DNA of 64,000 nt, taken from Octopus vulgaris. Its lineage: Eukaryota. The stretch spans positions 112,716,001 through 112,780,000 of the forward strand of contig OX597817.1 in the NCBI GenBank assembly GCA_951406725.2. The letters are read 5' to 3'. A program made the translations under genes and the position numbers. Each line of letters begins with the position of its first letter. Positions within the stretch are counted from its first letter, which is position 1. The notes below the pieces were generated by a model. That model ran no database searches, was not told the DNA's origin, and saw nothing but the letters and a program-made list of their open reading frames with translations. Positions 51,644-63,369 of the stretch are shown piece by piece.

Positions 51644-51715
51644 TATATGTATGTATATATATATATATATATATAGGTGTGTGTGTGTGTGTGTATTTTT
51701 TAATTTGAATATTTA

Positions 51716-51765
<50 letters not shown>

Positions 51766-52490
51766 CTAGCATTAAAAACCCGTCGTTGCCGGGTCATGGT
51801 GCTAGTGCATGTATATATGTGTATATATATATGTGTACATATTACATGTACATCTATATATATACATCTACACATAAAATGCAAAATACAAAGTTATATC
51901 TTGGTATCGCTAGTGATAACAATACTCAAAATATATAACAGACTGGAATTGTTAGCTCTTCTTTTTTCTCTACATTGTATACTTTATAGACAATAGTCTT
52001 TTCTTTAATTTAATTTTTTATTATCCATCTGGACTATTTCATTTCTGCACGCTAATTTTATTCTTAATTTATTCCCATTCATGTGAAACCACTTATTCAA
52101 GTTCAAATCATTGAAGCAATTTTATACCAACTGCTATTTTTACTTTTGTTATGTTACGATTATGCTATACTTTAGTTTGATTTTAATTATTACTTACTAC
52201 ATATAATTCAATTGTTATTATTATTTTTATTGTTAAAGTGAAAGCATCTGACATAAAATAGAGAAATATTTTTGTTTCACTTTTAACACGTAATACTGAA
52301 ATAGTGGAGAAGATATGATATTGCTATGGGCTCGCTCTAGGCAAGAAGTTTTTTGCCGATGACACTCCCCGGACCCTAAGTAAGGCATGTGTAAAATTTG
52401 AATGAAATTGGTTGTGTAGTTCTCAAGTTTTAGTGAAACACAGACAGACAGACACACACACACATATTCTCAGTTTTATATATATAAAGA
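51766..52490 (-). mobile_element. Non-autonomous Helitron
   Basis: Minus strand starts A|TCtttatatatataaaa, has a (GT)/(CTGT) microsatellite, and ends with hairpin acccg-gcaacga-cgggt then CTAG|T. A related 5' fragment lies at about 35355-35560. Confidence 0.75.
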
Positions 52491-52539
52491 TATAGCTGAA
52501 ACATATTGCTGAAATATATATATAGATATAGATATAGAT

Positions 52540-52913
52540 GAAATTTATAGAAAAACAAAAGATGAAGACAGGTGCATGAACAACAAGCAGGTGTATTAGC
52601 GTGACGCTCAGGAAAATGAAAAAAGTCTTTTACATTTTGAGCCTATTCTCTTCAACAGAAAGGAATAAGAAAAAATAAACAAAAGAGAATGAAAAAATTT
52701 GTAGATTAAATGGTCAAGCATGAGTCACCATGCTTGACCGCTAAATCTACTGGTTTTTATCATTCTCTTTGTGTTGATTTTCTCTTATTCCTTTCTGTTG
52801 AAGAGTGTAGGCTCGAAATGTAAAAGACTTTTTTCATTTTCCTGAGCGTCACGCTAATACACCTGCTTGTTGTTCATGCACCTGTCTTCGTCTTTTTTTC
52901 TATAAATTCCAAC
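52540..52913. mobile_element. Head-to-head inverted PLE pseudo-LTR pair with HHR motifs
   Basis: Arms 52540-52722 / 52729-52913 (loop agtcac). The right arm matches the pseudo-LTR at 34900-35062 and contains CUUU CUGUUGA A GAGU GUAG GCUC GAAAU GUA AAAG. Confidence 0.8.
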
Positions 52914-53204
52914 TATATATTATATGCTCACGTGGTTACCCCAGAAAACACTTGCCCAAGGCGTCACACATTGGGACTAAACTCAGAACCACGTGGTTTG
53001 GGAGCAAACTTCTTACAACACAGTATGGTGATCTTGTTCATGTTTCTCTACTATAATTCATGCAGTATATATTCAACCATCTTATCACAGGACACGCTTT
53101 TCTGCACACTTGGAGCTATGTTATATGGATATAAAAGTTGCAGAAATATTATAAATGTGTGTGTGTGTATCTACATATATATGTGTGTGTGTGTGTGTGA
53201 ACGT

Positions 53205-53622
53205 TTGTGGTAAGAAGCTTGTTTCCAACCCAATGGTTCTGGGTTCATGGTTCTATGTGGCACTTTGTGAAAGTATCTTCTACAATAACCTCAGGCCAAC
53301 TAAAGCTTTGTCAAGAGTTCTGGTAGATGGAAACTGAAAAGAAGCCCATTGTATATATAATATGTGTATGTGTGCTTGTGTAATCATGTGTGTGTGTTTG
53401 TGTGATATATGTGTATCTGTGTCTTTTTGTCTGTGTGTCTTTGTGTCCCATTACTGCTTGATAATTGATTGGTGTGTTTACATCCCTGTAACATAGCAGT
53501 TTGGCAAAAACAAGCTAACAGAATAAAATAAGTGCTGAGATCAATTCATTTGACTAAAAATTATTCAATGCAATGCTCCAGCATGGCCACAGTCTAGTGA
53601 CTGACACAAGTAAAAGATAAAA
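53205..53622 (+). mobile_element. tRNA-derived SINE (family A), diverged
   Basis: Family A head, TG-rich middle and tail. Confidence 0.7.
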
Positions 53623-53669
53623 AATATTAATATATACGTATCAGTGTGTGTGTGTGTGTGGAGCAGACT

Positions 53670-54175
53670 TCCACCTTTCTTTCAAATCAGTGCTAACGTT
53701 TCTGCACACACTTTCTGATACCCAAAGTCTTCCATTATCTTCAGTAATGATTTGTGAACACAGTCAAGTTGTACAGCAAGTTTATTTGCATAGACAGACT
53801 CATCTATCTGTGCAAATGATTTGTTCACTTGTTGGTGATACGTATCTGCAATCACAATTGATGCACTCCTACTTCATGGCTTGGCTTCAATGCTGCTTTT
53901 TTTCCCTTCTTTAAACTTCATCTATCTACACACATCGGTCTTGGCATCTCCATAAACAACCTGTATCCTTCTGTGGAGGTCATTCCTCTTTCATTAAGAA
54001 TTTAATGATGACACATTACTTGACACTCATTTAACTCTCATGAAAGAGAACAGGAAGAAGACTTACTTCAGAGGAAGGGTTACCCTACCAACACCAACAT
54101 GTGTGCAAATTGAATGACCTATGTCAATTAAAAAAAGTTATGTCCACTTTTGCATTACTTTTAGCACCCCCTTGT
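53670..54175 (-). mobile_element. mariner 5' fragment
   Basis: Minus translation with frameshifts: IIKFL...RIQVVYGD...FKEG...IMEDFGYQKVCR; TIR-like caagggggtgctaaaagtaatgc. Confidence 0.55.
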
Positions 54176-54509
54176 GTGTTGTGTGTGTGTGTGTATTCAC
54201 AAGGTTGTATGTTTATAATTATTATCATCCCCACTGTATGTGATTCATACTTCCTTAATAAACATTGTGTTTCTTATAAGCCTATTCTGTTTTAAAGTGG
54301 TCAAATGCTGCTTTTATTTACGCTCTCACACTGATACCACAAACTTGTTTACATTATTGAGATGTTTCAACTTCTCTTATTGCTTTTCCTCTACACAACT
54401 TCACTTGCCTAATAATGAGCTGGTATATGCTTATATACCAACATAGATAGATACAGACATAAACACACACACGCACATACACACACAGACAACACCATAC
54501 CACACAGAG

Positions 54510-54540
<31 letters not shown>

Positions 54541-54927
54541 CTCGTGCCCAAAACTAAAATTCAGATTCTGTATGTTTGTTTCTGTTTCATTATTTTAAGC
54601 TAATCAGCCCACTGTTATGATTAATGTACACTCCCATAGAAGCTGTTTTGTCTAAAGTATGTTTCTAGCATTTCTGAGCCATAGAACCCTGAAAATGGAG
54701 TAATATTTTCCCCTATTTTGTCAACTAATTAGATAAACATTATCATTATTGCTGGACAACAAAACCAAAACAAAAATAACATGTATACAGCAGACATACA
54801 CATAAGCATGTAAAAAGAGACATTAGCATGCACACAGGTGTATTCATGCACACAAATGTGCATGCACATACACAAAATCCTTCATAGACTGGCCAAATCT
54901 ATCTTTGTCTATCTATCTATCTATCTA

Positions 54928-54958
<31 letters not shown>

Positions 54959-54992
54959 ATGTAGTATGTATACATATATATATATATATATA

Positions 54993-56713
54993 GCCCTTCA
55001 CCTCTTTAATTCCGTCTCCTTCCCTCCTGGGCCTTCACACCTCCTTTTCACCTTGGACATAAAATCCCTGTATACTGTGATCCCCCACAACAATGGCTTC
55101 TTAGCCCTCCAATACTTCCTCGACCATCACTCCAACTCCCCACTTAACGCTGCCACCCTTCTCCACCTAGCAGAACTTACCCTCACCCTCAACTGCTTTA
55201 TGTTTGCAGGAGAGATTTACCAGCAGATCTCTAGTGTCATTATGGGAATGAGAATGGGCCCCAGTTTTGCCAATTTATTTGTTGGCTATGTTGAGGCCCA
55301 AATCTTCTCACAATTCTCCAGACCAACCCCAGAGCTTTATGGTTGCTATATAGACAACTATATAGGCACCACTTCTCTCTCTCACAAACAGCTCTCCAAT
55401 TTCATCTCTTTTATTTCTAACTTCCACCCTTCTCTCAAATTTACCTCTACCAACTCTGAGACTTTTGTAAATTTCTTGGATATATCTCTCACCACCTCCA
55501 CCTTCTTCAAACCCATGGACTCCCACCTCTACCTCAACTTTTCCTCCTCCCATCCCTATTCCCAGTTCCTCCGCCTTTGCCTCGGACAGCTGTGCAGCCA
55601 GGACCAGGATTTTGAGACCCAGTCCTAATACCCAGCCCATTTGTTCATGCGTCGCAGATACCCATCCACCCTTATCCGCACTCATCAAATTGATCACACT
55701 ACTGCTCTCTTTCCTTCCCCATACTGATCCCCCTCCACCCTACCCCTTTGTCAAAGGATTCTGCGGGCCTTCTGTCGCCTCCAGCTAAACCCCGTCACCC
55801 TCCCTATTTTCCCCAACCACCCTTGCCCTCCTTCAAACATGCTTGTAACCTACGTGATCTTCACCTCTCCATTCCAACTCTACCCGGATCCTTCCCTTGC
55901 TCCAGTCTCATTACCATACCTGTCCCTTCATCACTAACACCACTTCCCTCACAGGACCCAACCAGCACATCCTCAACATTAGGGACTCCTTCACATGCAC
56001 TTCTTCCGGCCTTATTTACTTCATCAGGTGTAATCTTTGTAACAAACTTTATACACACACGAACGTGCATCCACCCATTCACACACCCTTCAGACTGCCC
56101 CGACCCACTTTGACTGTTCCATCTATGCACACATACACACACACACTGCTACACACACCCGTACACACACTTGTCACTATAGCTGCTGAGCTCTCATTAT
56201 GACATTAACACACACACAGACTACTCTCACAAACATAAACAAGTACAAACAAGTAATACCACGCGCACACACACTCAGTTACTGCCACACACATAAACAC
56301 CATATACACACATGCCACCACACATACACACACATGCACACACCCACACACATGCCACCAAAATACACACGCATGCATGCGGACACACGTACACACGCAC
56401 GCACACACACACACACACATACACACAGATACCAACTATTCTTCACAATCTCTTGTCCCAGAAAGCACTTTCCCTTTGTTCTTCTACTTCTGGTCATTCC
56501 AAAATGTAACTACATGTGAACTGTTGGCGATTTTCTTTCCTTCTTCTTCCTTTTCCTTTGGAGTTTCCTATGTTTCCTGTTTCCGAAGAAGAGCTATGCT
56601 CGAAACGTAAAACAACCACTCTTTTCCTTCCCTGAGCGTCTTATTAATACTTAGCACGTGCTACGTCCTCATATTGTTGTTTATTTTCTTGCTGTTTTCA
56701 TTTTTTTATTAAT

Positions 56714-56715
<2 letters not shown>
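54993..56715 (+). mobile_element. 5'-truncated Penelope-like element (Neptune-like) with CA-rich 3' tract and HHR pseudo-LTR
   Basis: LFTLDIKSLYTVIPH, QQISSVIMGMRMGPSFANLFVG, YIDN (YIDD), FHPSLKFT, NFLDI, DSFTCTSSGLIYFIRC; HHR motif at 56579-56613; both ends abut (TA)n. Confidence 0.9.
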
Positions 56716-56771
<56 letters not shown>

Positions 56772-56924
56772 GGTATTAGGAAGGGTATCAAGTTGTAGAA
56801 ACCATGCCAAAACAGACAGGAAGTCTGAGCATTCAAACTGTTCAAACCCATGTCAGCGCATGGAAAATGGAAATTAGATAATGATGAAGATGATAATGAT
56901 GATGATGATGATGATGATGATGAT

Positions 56925-58722
56925 AAGCAACTACACAAGTAGGAAGAAGAAACAGCCGAAAGAAATGGAACTTTACCCATTGGACTTTTCTCTAAAAAAT
57001 ATACCCATCCCAACACAGAAGCAATACCTCAAAAGTCTTATAGAAAAAACGGAAGAGTTTATTCGAAGATTGAGATGGAAAGCCTTCATCTTTGATACAG
57101 AGCAGAAAACTAACGGAAGCAAATATGAACTTAAATCTTCCAAAAATCCACCACCTATTCCAGAATTGGAAGCCTTTGAAAAGACTTTTTCGGACTCATT
57201 AGAAAAATTAAATTCTGCAAATTCAGCAAGCAACTACAGAGAGATATGAAGGAAAAAATTAGAGACATAAAAAACTCGGATAAGATCTTCGTGAACTCTG
57301 ATAAGACAAAAAACTTATATGCCAGTTGATAAGGACGTATATAAGCGTCTACTTTCGAACAGCATCACAAACAAATACAAAAAGGACAATGCAAATTTAA
57401 ACAAAGAGGTGAATTTGGAGGCAAGAAGAATTGCTAACTATCTTAAAGTTAGTGATAGGATAGAATATCTCTCTCCACGTTACCCCTTTATTACCCTAAA
57501 AGACTATAAAGCTAATTTTAATAGAAACCCTAAATGTAGATTGATTATTCCTGCTAAAACTGAAATAGGTATTATTAGTAAATACATTTTAGATTGTATT
57601 TTAAGTAAGTTAGATAATAAATTAAATAAATAAATGCGCCCTTTTAAAGCCTAGTCAGGCTCATGGGCCCGGTTTCCCGGCTTCCATGGCATATGTGTTC
57701 CCCAGCTGGATGGGACGTTGGTCCATCGCAGTGTTACTCATTTTCGCCAGCTGAGTGGACTGGAGCAACGTGAAATGAAGTGTTTTGCTCAAGAACACAA
57801 TGCATCGCTTGGTCCAGGAATCAAAACCACAATCATTCTGATACCCTAACCACTAAGCCACGCACCTCCACAAGTAGGTTAGATAGTGAATTAAATTTAC
57901 GTATTTGGAAAAATAGCAAGTCAGTGATAGATTGGTTCAAAGGGATTAACCATATGCATAACTGCAAGTTTACAGTTTGATATTATTGACTTTTACCCAT
58001 CAATATCCAGGCCTTTGCTCTAAAAGCATTAGACTTCGCCAAGCAGTATGTTAACATCAATAATTCGGAAATAGATAGTATCATACATGCAAGGAAATCT
58101 CTTCTTTTTTACGAGGATTCTACCTGGATCAAAATGAGTGAGGATTCTCTTATCGATGTACTGATGGGGGTATATGACAGGGCTGAGTTATGTGTACTTA
58201 TAGGAGCTTATATTTTGCATAATCTAATTCTAGAATTACCTTTGATAGACATAGGATTATACAGGTATGGTGGCCTTATTGTCACCCATAATTTAAACGG
58301 CTATGAGTTAGATAAACTTAGGAAGTATCTGATTGCTTTCTTCCAAAGGATGGGCTTACGGATTATGATAGATAGTAATCTTAGAAGCGTAGATTTTTTT
58401 AGATATCAACTTAGATTTACAGTTAGATAAATCTAATCTTATTGTAAGCCCAATGAAAAGTTATGTTACATCATAAAAGAATCTAATAATCCACCCGTAA
58501 TTCTTAGGAACCTAGTTAGTAATGTAGGAAGGCGAATATCATCAATTTCTTCGGATCAGACAGCATTTCAAAATGCTGCACCACATTACAATAATGCATT
58601 AAGGAAAAGTGGATTCTCAGAGAAGATCCAGTATAATCAAGTTAATGCTAGCATTAATACGACACGTAGAACTAGAACTAAGAAAGTTTTGTGGTTTAAC
58701 CCAGTATTTAACATGGCCATAA
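56925..58722 (+). mobile_element. Degenerate Penelope-like element of another lineage (N-terminus plus RT), split by a SINE
   Basis: KNIPIP...EEFIRRLRWKA, SDKTKNLY, FITLKDYKANFNRNPKCRLI.PAKTEIG, FDIIDFYPSI, DVLMGVYDRAELC.L.G, GLYRYGGL (YRDDGL-like), WFNP.F. Confidence 0.85.
57628..57871 (-). mobile_element. tRNA-derived SINE (family B head) inserted in the PLE, with about 25-bp target duplication
   Basis: aagtaagttagataataaattaaat (57603-57627) versus aagtaggttagatagtgaattaaat (57872-57896). Confidence 0.8.
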
Positions 58723-58730
58723 AGTGTGTG

Positions 58731-58765
<35 letters not shown>

Positions 58766-59180
58766 GCAACAAGCAAAAAATGTTAGTTATAAAGTCTCTC
58801 TAAGACAGGTGGCACCACTCACCTTAATACACCGGCACCCTGGGGTTGCGGTCCGCCTTTTACAGGCCTGCATGGGTGGATGGCCTCAGCTCTGGGGGCA
58901 GTGGCTGTTGCCAAAAGTATAGGCCTCGATGCGCAGCATTTTGTCCTGGATCCACTGAAGTGGCTCCTGCTGTGTTTGAAAGGGGTTTGCCTCAAACGTG
59001 ACCTGCACAAGGGAGCAGCCAAGCATTGGAGAGCACCGAGCTTGCTCGATCGACCCCTCCTCGTGGTTGCTCCACTGACGTTAGGTTGTAGTAGCAATCA
59101 TACTTCCTAGAGCTCGCAGGAGAGTCATCTCAATCGGACAGCCATGTTAAAGTGGCTATGAATATATATATATATATATA

Positions 59181-62100
59181 ATTTTAATCCAAACGGGAAA
59201 ACAGAAAAAACAACAACACGTGGAACAATTACAGTATTATTATTAATAGGCGCTCAGGAAAGATGGAAGCAGGAAGGTATGACGTTTCGAGCGGAGCTCT
59301 TCATCGGAAACATAAAGAAGGAAGAGAGAGGAAAGAAAGATCCCAAGTGGGCAACAAGAGGGAGAAAAAAAAACGACTGGTGTTTACGAAGTACACATGG
59401 TGAAAGGCGGAAGTTTACGATAACAAGAGCAAAGTAGGTTTTTAAAGGCAAAAAAGTGGAGACAGGGTTGGTAACGCAACAGATGTGTGTGTATGTGTGA
59501 GTGTGTGCGTGTGCGTGTGTGTATGTGTGTGTGAGGCGAGATAAAAAAACAAAAAATATATGTATATGTTAGTGTGTGCGTCTGTGTGTAGGCGTGTGAG
59601 GTAGGGCGAACAGTAGTAGGCATAGCAGACGGTGGTCAGTAGTAAGAAAATGAAGGAAGGAGGAAGGGAGGGAGGGGAAGGGGTGGGGGCGTATGTAACG
59701 TGCCAGCGTGTGTGTTGAGTAGTAGTGTGTGTGTGTCCAGTGTCGTAGTTGTATTAATGGCGAGTAGATTTGAAGTGTGTGTAAGAGTAATGTATATATT
59801 TAAGCAATGTGTGTGTGTGAGTGGGTGTATGTATGTGTGCGCGTGTGTGTAACAAAAAAGGGGGGTTATAAGGAAAAAGGACTCCAGCTGAGGGGAAGAT
59901 GGAAGAGTGGTCCCGCGGAGACGGGCGTGGGAGAACCCAACGACAGGCGACGGCCCCAGAAACGAGCGGGAGGTCTCGTCGGGTCCAAGAGCGAGGTGCA
60001 TGCATGCGCGTATGCGTGCGCGAACCGGCGCAAGCGCGTGTGTGCGTGCGCCTGCGAGTGTGTGTGTAAGTATGTATGTGTTTGGATGTGTGAGTGTGTC
60101 TGTGTGTATGTGTGGGTGTCAGTGTGTCCGATGAATGTATGTAAGTATGTGTGTATATATGTGTGTGCATAGATGTATGTCCGTGTGTGTGTGTGTGTGT
60201 ATGTGTATGAGTGTGTATGTATGTACGTGTGGGTGTGTGGAAGTGTGTGTATGTGCGTACATGTGTGTGTGTGTATGTAGGTGTGTAGGCGTGTGTGTAT
60301 AGGTGTATGTATGTAAGTATGTATGGGTGTGTCCGTGTATGTGTGTGTATGTATGTGTGTGTATGTAGGTGTGTGGCGTGTGTGTATAGGTGTATGTATG
60401 TCTGGGTGTGTCCGTGCATGTTTGTGTGTGTGTGTATGCATGTGTATGTAGGTGTGTGTGTACGTGTGTAATGTATGTGTGTATGCGTGTGTGTGCGTGT
60501 GTATGCATGTGTGTGTGTATGTAGGTGCGTATGTATGTGTGTGGGAGTGTAGGTGTGTGTGTGCGTGTGCGTGTTTATGTTGGTGTGTGCGTATGTGAGT
60601 GTGAGTGTATGGGTGTCTGTCATGCATGTGTGTGCGCGTGCAGGCGAGTGTGTGTGTAAGTATGTGTGTGTGTATGTCTGTGTGAGTGTGTATGTGTGTA
60701 TGTCTGTGTGTATGTATGTGCGTATAGGAGTATGTAGGTATGTGTGTGTGTATGTGTATGGGTGTATGTATGTATGTGTGTGTGTGTGTGCATGTGTATA
60801 AGTATATGTGTGTGTGCGTATGTGTGTGTATGTGTATGTGTGTGTGTTTATGTATGTGTGTATGTATGTGTGTAGGCGTGTGTGTGTAGATGTATGTATG
60901 TATGGGTGTGTGTCTGTGTGTGTTTGTGTGTGTGTCTGAGTGAGGGTATGGCTGTGTAGGTGTGTGTGTGTATGAATGTAAGTGTGTGTGTGTACAAGTG
61001 TAATGTATGTATGTAGGTGTGTGTGTGTGTGTGTATGTGTACGTGTGCGTGTGTATGTGTGTGTGTGTATGCGTGTGAGTGTGAGTGTATGGGTGTATGT
61101 CTGTGTGTGTGTATGTCTGAAGTAGGTATGTGTGTGTATGTATGTGTGTGTGTGTGCGGGTATGTGTGTGTGTGTGTGTGTATGTGTGTGTGTGAGTAGG
61201 TGTGCGTGTATGTATGTGGGTATGGATGCATGCGAGTGTGTGGGTATGTATGTATACATACGCACGCACACACCCGAAGCAAGCCCACACACACGAAGCG
61301 CGCTCACGCACACAACACACAAGCAATACAACGCAAGCCCATGGGGCCGACCAAGCCCGCAGCGCGTGCCAAGGCGCGCGAGCGCAAAGGCCCTCGAACG
61401 ACCCGCTACGCGGGAACCGAGGATCCATCAGCCAAAACCGGAAAGCAGAAAAGAGGGGGGGCTGCCTGGATGCAAAAAGGTGTATGTGTGTGTGCATTCA
61501 GTGTAAGGGTGTGCATTTGTGGGTATGTATGTATGTGTGCCTACATGTATGTGTGCATGTGTGTGTGTGTGAAGTATGTACGTGCGGTGTGTGTGTGTGA
61601 GTGTGTGTGTATGTATGTGCGTATGTATGTGTGTATGTATGTGTGTATGTATGTCTGTGTGTGTGTGTGTGTGTGTAAGTATGTATGTGTGTGTGTATGT
61701 ATGTATGTGTGTGTATATGTGCATGTTGGTTTGTATGTTAGTGTGTGCATGTATGTCTATAAGTGTGTGTGATTAAATGTGTGAATGTATGTACGTAGAT
61801 GTGTCTACGTGTGTGTGTGTGTGAACAGGCGTGTGGGAGGTAGGTAGGTATGTGTGTGTGGGTGGTGTATCCGGGAAACAAAAAAAGGAAGAAGAAGAGA
61901 ACCTCAAGAGGAGGGGGCTGTGTTAAGTCCGTGTGGGGTAGTAGTTTGTAGGGTGAAGATGTAGCGTTGCTCCAAGTGGAGCCTGGAAAGTGGGCGACCA
62001 TTGTGGGGGGGCGAGACCAAACACTGAGATGTCATCTAGGGAATGGCCGGCCGAGCGGAAGTGGCGTGCGACGGGAGAAAAAGAGTGTAGGCGAACGTCC

Positions 62101-62940
62101 CTCAAATGTTCTGTGAATTGGTCGGACAACCGGCGTCCCGTCTGTCCTACATACAGCATCCCGCATAGGTTGCATTTAATGCAGTAAATAAGGCCAGACG
62201 AGGTGCACGTAAAAGAGTGCCTAATGCGTACAGTATGCCGGTTGGAGCCGGTGACAGCGGTGGTGTTGGTGATGAAGGGGCAAGTGTTGCAGCGGGATCT
62301 AGAGCAAGGGAATGATCTGTGTGGAGCTGAGGGGGAAGGAGAGAGGGTGCTGTGGACCAGGAGGTCACGCAGATTGCGGGCTCGTTTGAAGGAGGACAGA
62401 GGTGGGTTAGGGAAAATGGGGCGGGTGGTGGGATCAAGCTGGAGGCGACGGAAGGCACGTAGTATCTTGCGACGAAGGGGTAGGGTAGAGGGGTGGAAAA
62501 GGAGGGGGAAGGGGTGCGGTTGGGGGGTGGGCGGGGGGAAGGAGACAGGGAGGTGGTGCGGTCGATGCGACGGGAGCGGGTGAGGGCATCAGAGAGGAGT
62601 ATGGGTGGGTAACCTCGGAGTCTGAACATGCGGGCCAGGTATTGAGATTGGGTCTCGAAATCCTGGTCGCGGCTGCACAAACGTCGGAGGCAGAGGAACT
62701 GGGAGTAGGGGATGGCTCGTTTGGTGTGGAAGGGGTGGGAAGAAGAGAAGTTGAGATAGAGGTGGGAATCCGTAGGTTTAAAGAAGGCGGTGGTGGTGAG
62801 AGAGTTGGAGGGGTGATCGATGCGGAGAGAGATGTCAAGGAAGTTGACAGAGGTGTTGGAGATGGTGGAGGTGAATTGAAGAGAGGGATGAAAGTTGGAA
62901 AGGAAAGAGATGAATTGGCAGAGAAGTTCACGGGAAAGGG
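59181..62940 (-). mobile_element. Young, CpG-rich 5'-truncated Penelope-like element (Neptune-like) with 2.4-kb CA-rich 3' tract and HHR pseudo-LTR
   Basis: FHPSLQFT...NFLDIS, IPYSQFLCLRRLCSRDQDFETQ...RGYP, FTCTSSGLIYCIKC...LYVGQTGRRLSDQFTEHLRD...VARHF; HHR at 59277-59311; both ends in (TA)n. Confidence 0.9.
59480..61870. repeat. Degenerate (TG/TA)n low-complexity tract
   Basis: Cryptic TG-rich repeat with two GC-rich islands; source of the 525-aa and 543-aa His/Thr-rich pseudo-ORFs. Confidence 0.9.
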
Positions 62941-63025
62941 AGATATATATATATATATGTATATATATAATTTGTTTGATTCTTTGAATCTCTATTTTTA
63001 CTGTCTATCTTTCTGTCTGTCTTTA

Positions 63026-63073
<48 letters not shown>

Positions 63074-63369
63074 ATCATCATCATCATCATCATCATTATC
63101 GTTTTTTAACATCCATTTCCCATGCTGGTATAGATTACATGGTTTGACTGGAGCTGGCAAGCCAAAGAGTTGCAACAGGTTCCAGTCATCTGTTTCGGCA
63201 TCATTTCTACGACTGAATGCCCTTCCTAATGCATCTACTTTACAGAGTGTACTGGATGCTTTTTATGTGACACCAACACAGGTGCTATATTATGTGGCAC
63301 CAGCATGGGTGCTTCTTACATTGTGCTAGCACGGGTGTTCTTTTTGTGACACTGGCTCAGGTACTTTAT

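Noticed and set aside
59754-61497. 525-aa and 543-aa His/Thr-rich ORFs
   Set aside because: They are translations of the CA-rich tract, which lacks stop codons by composition; no domain content.
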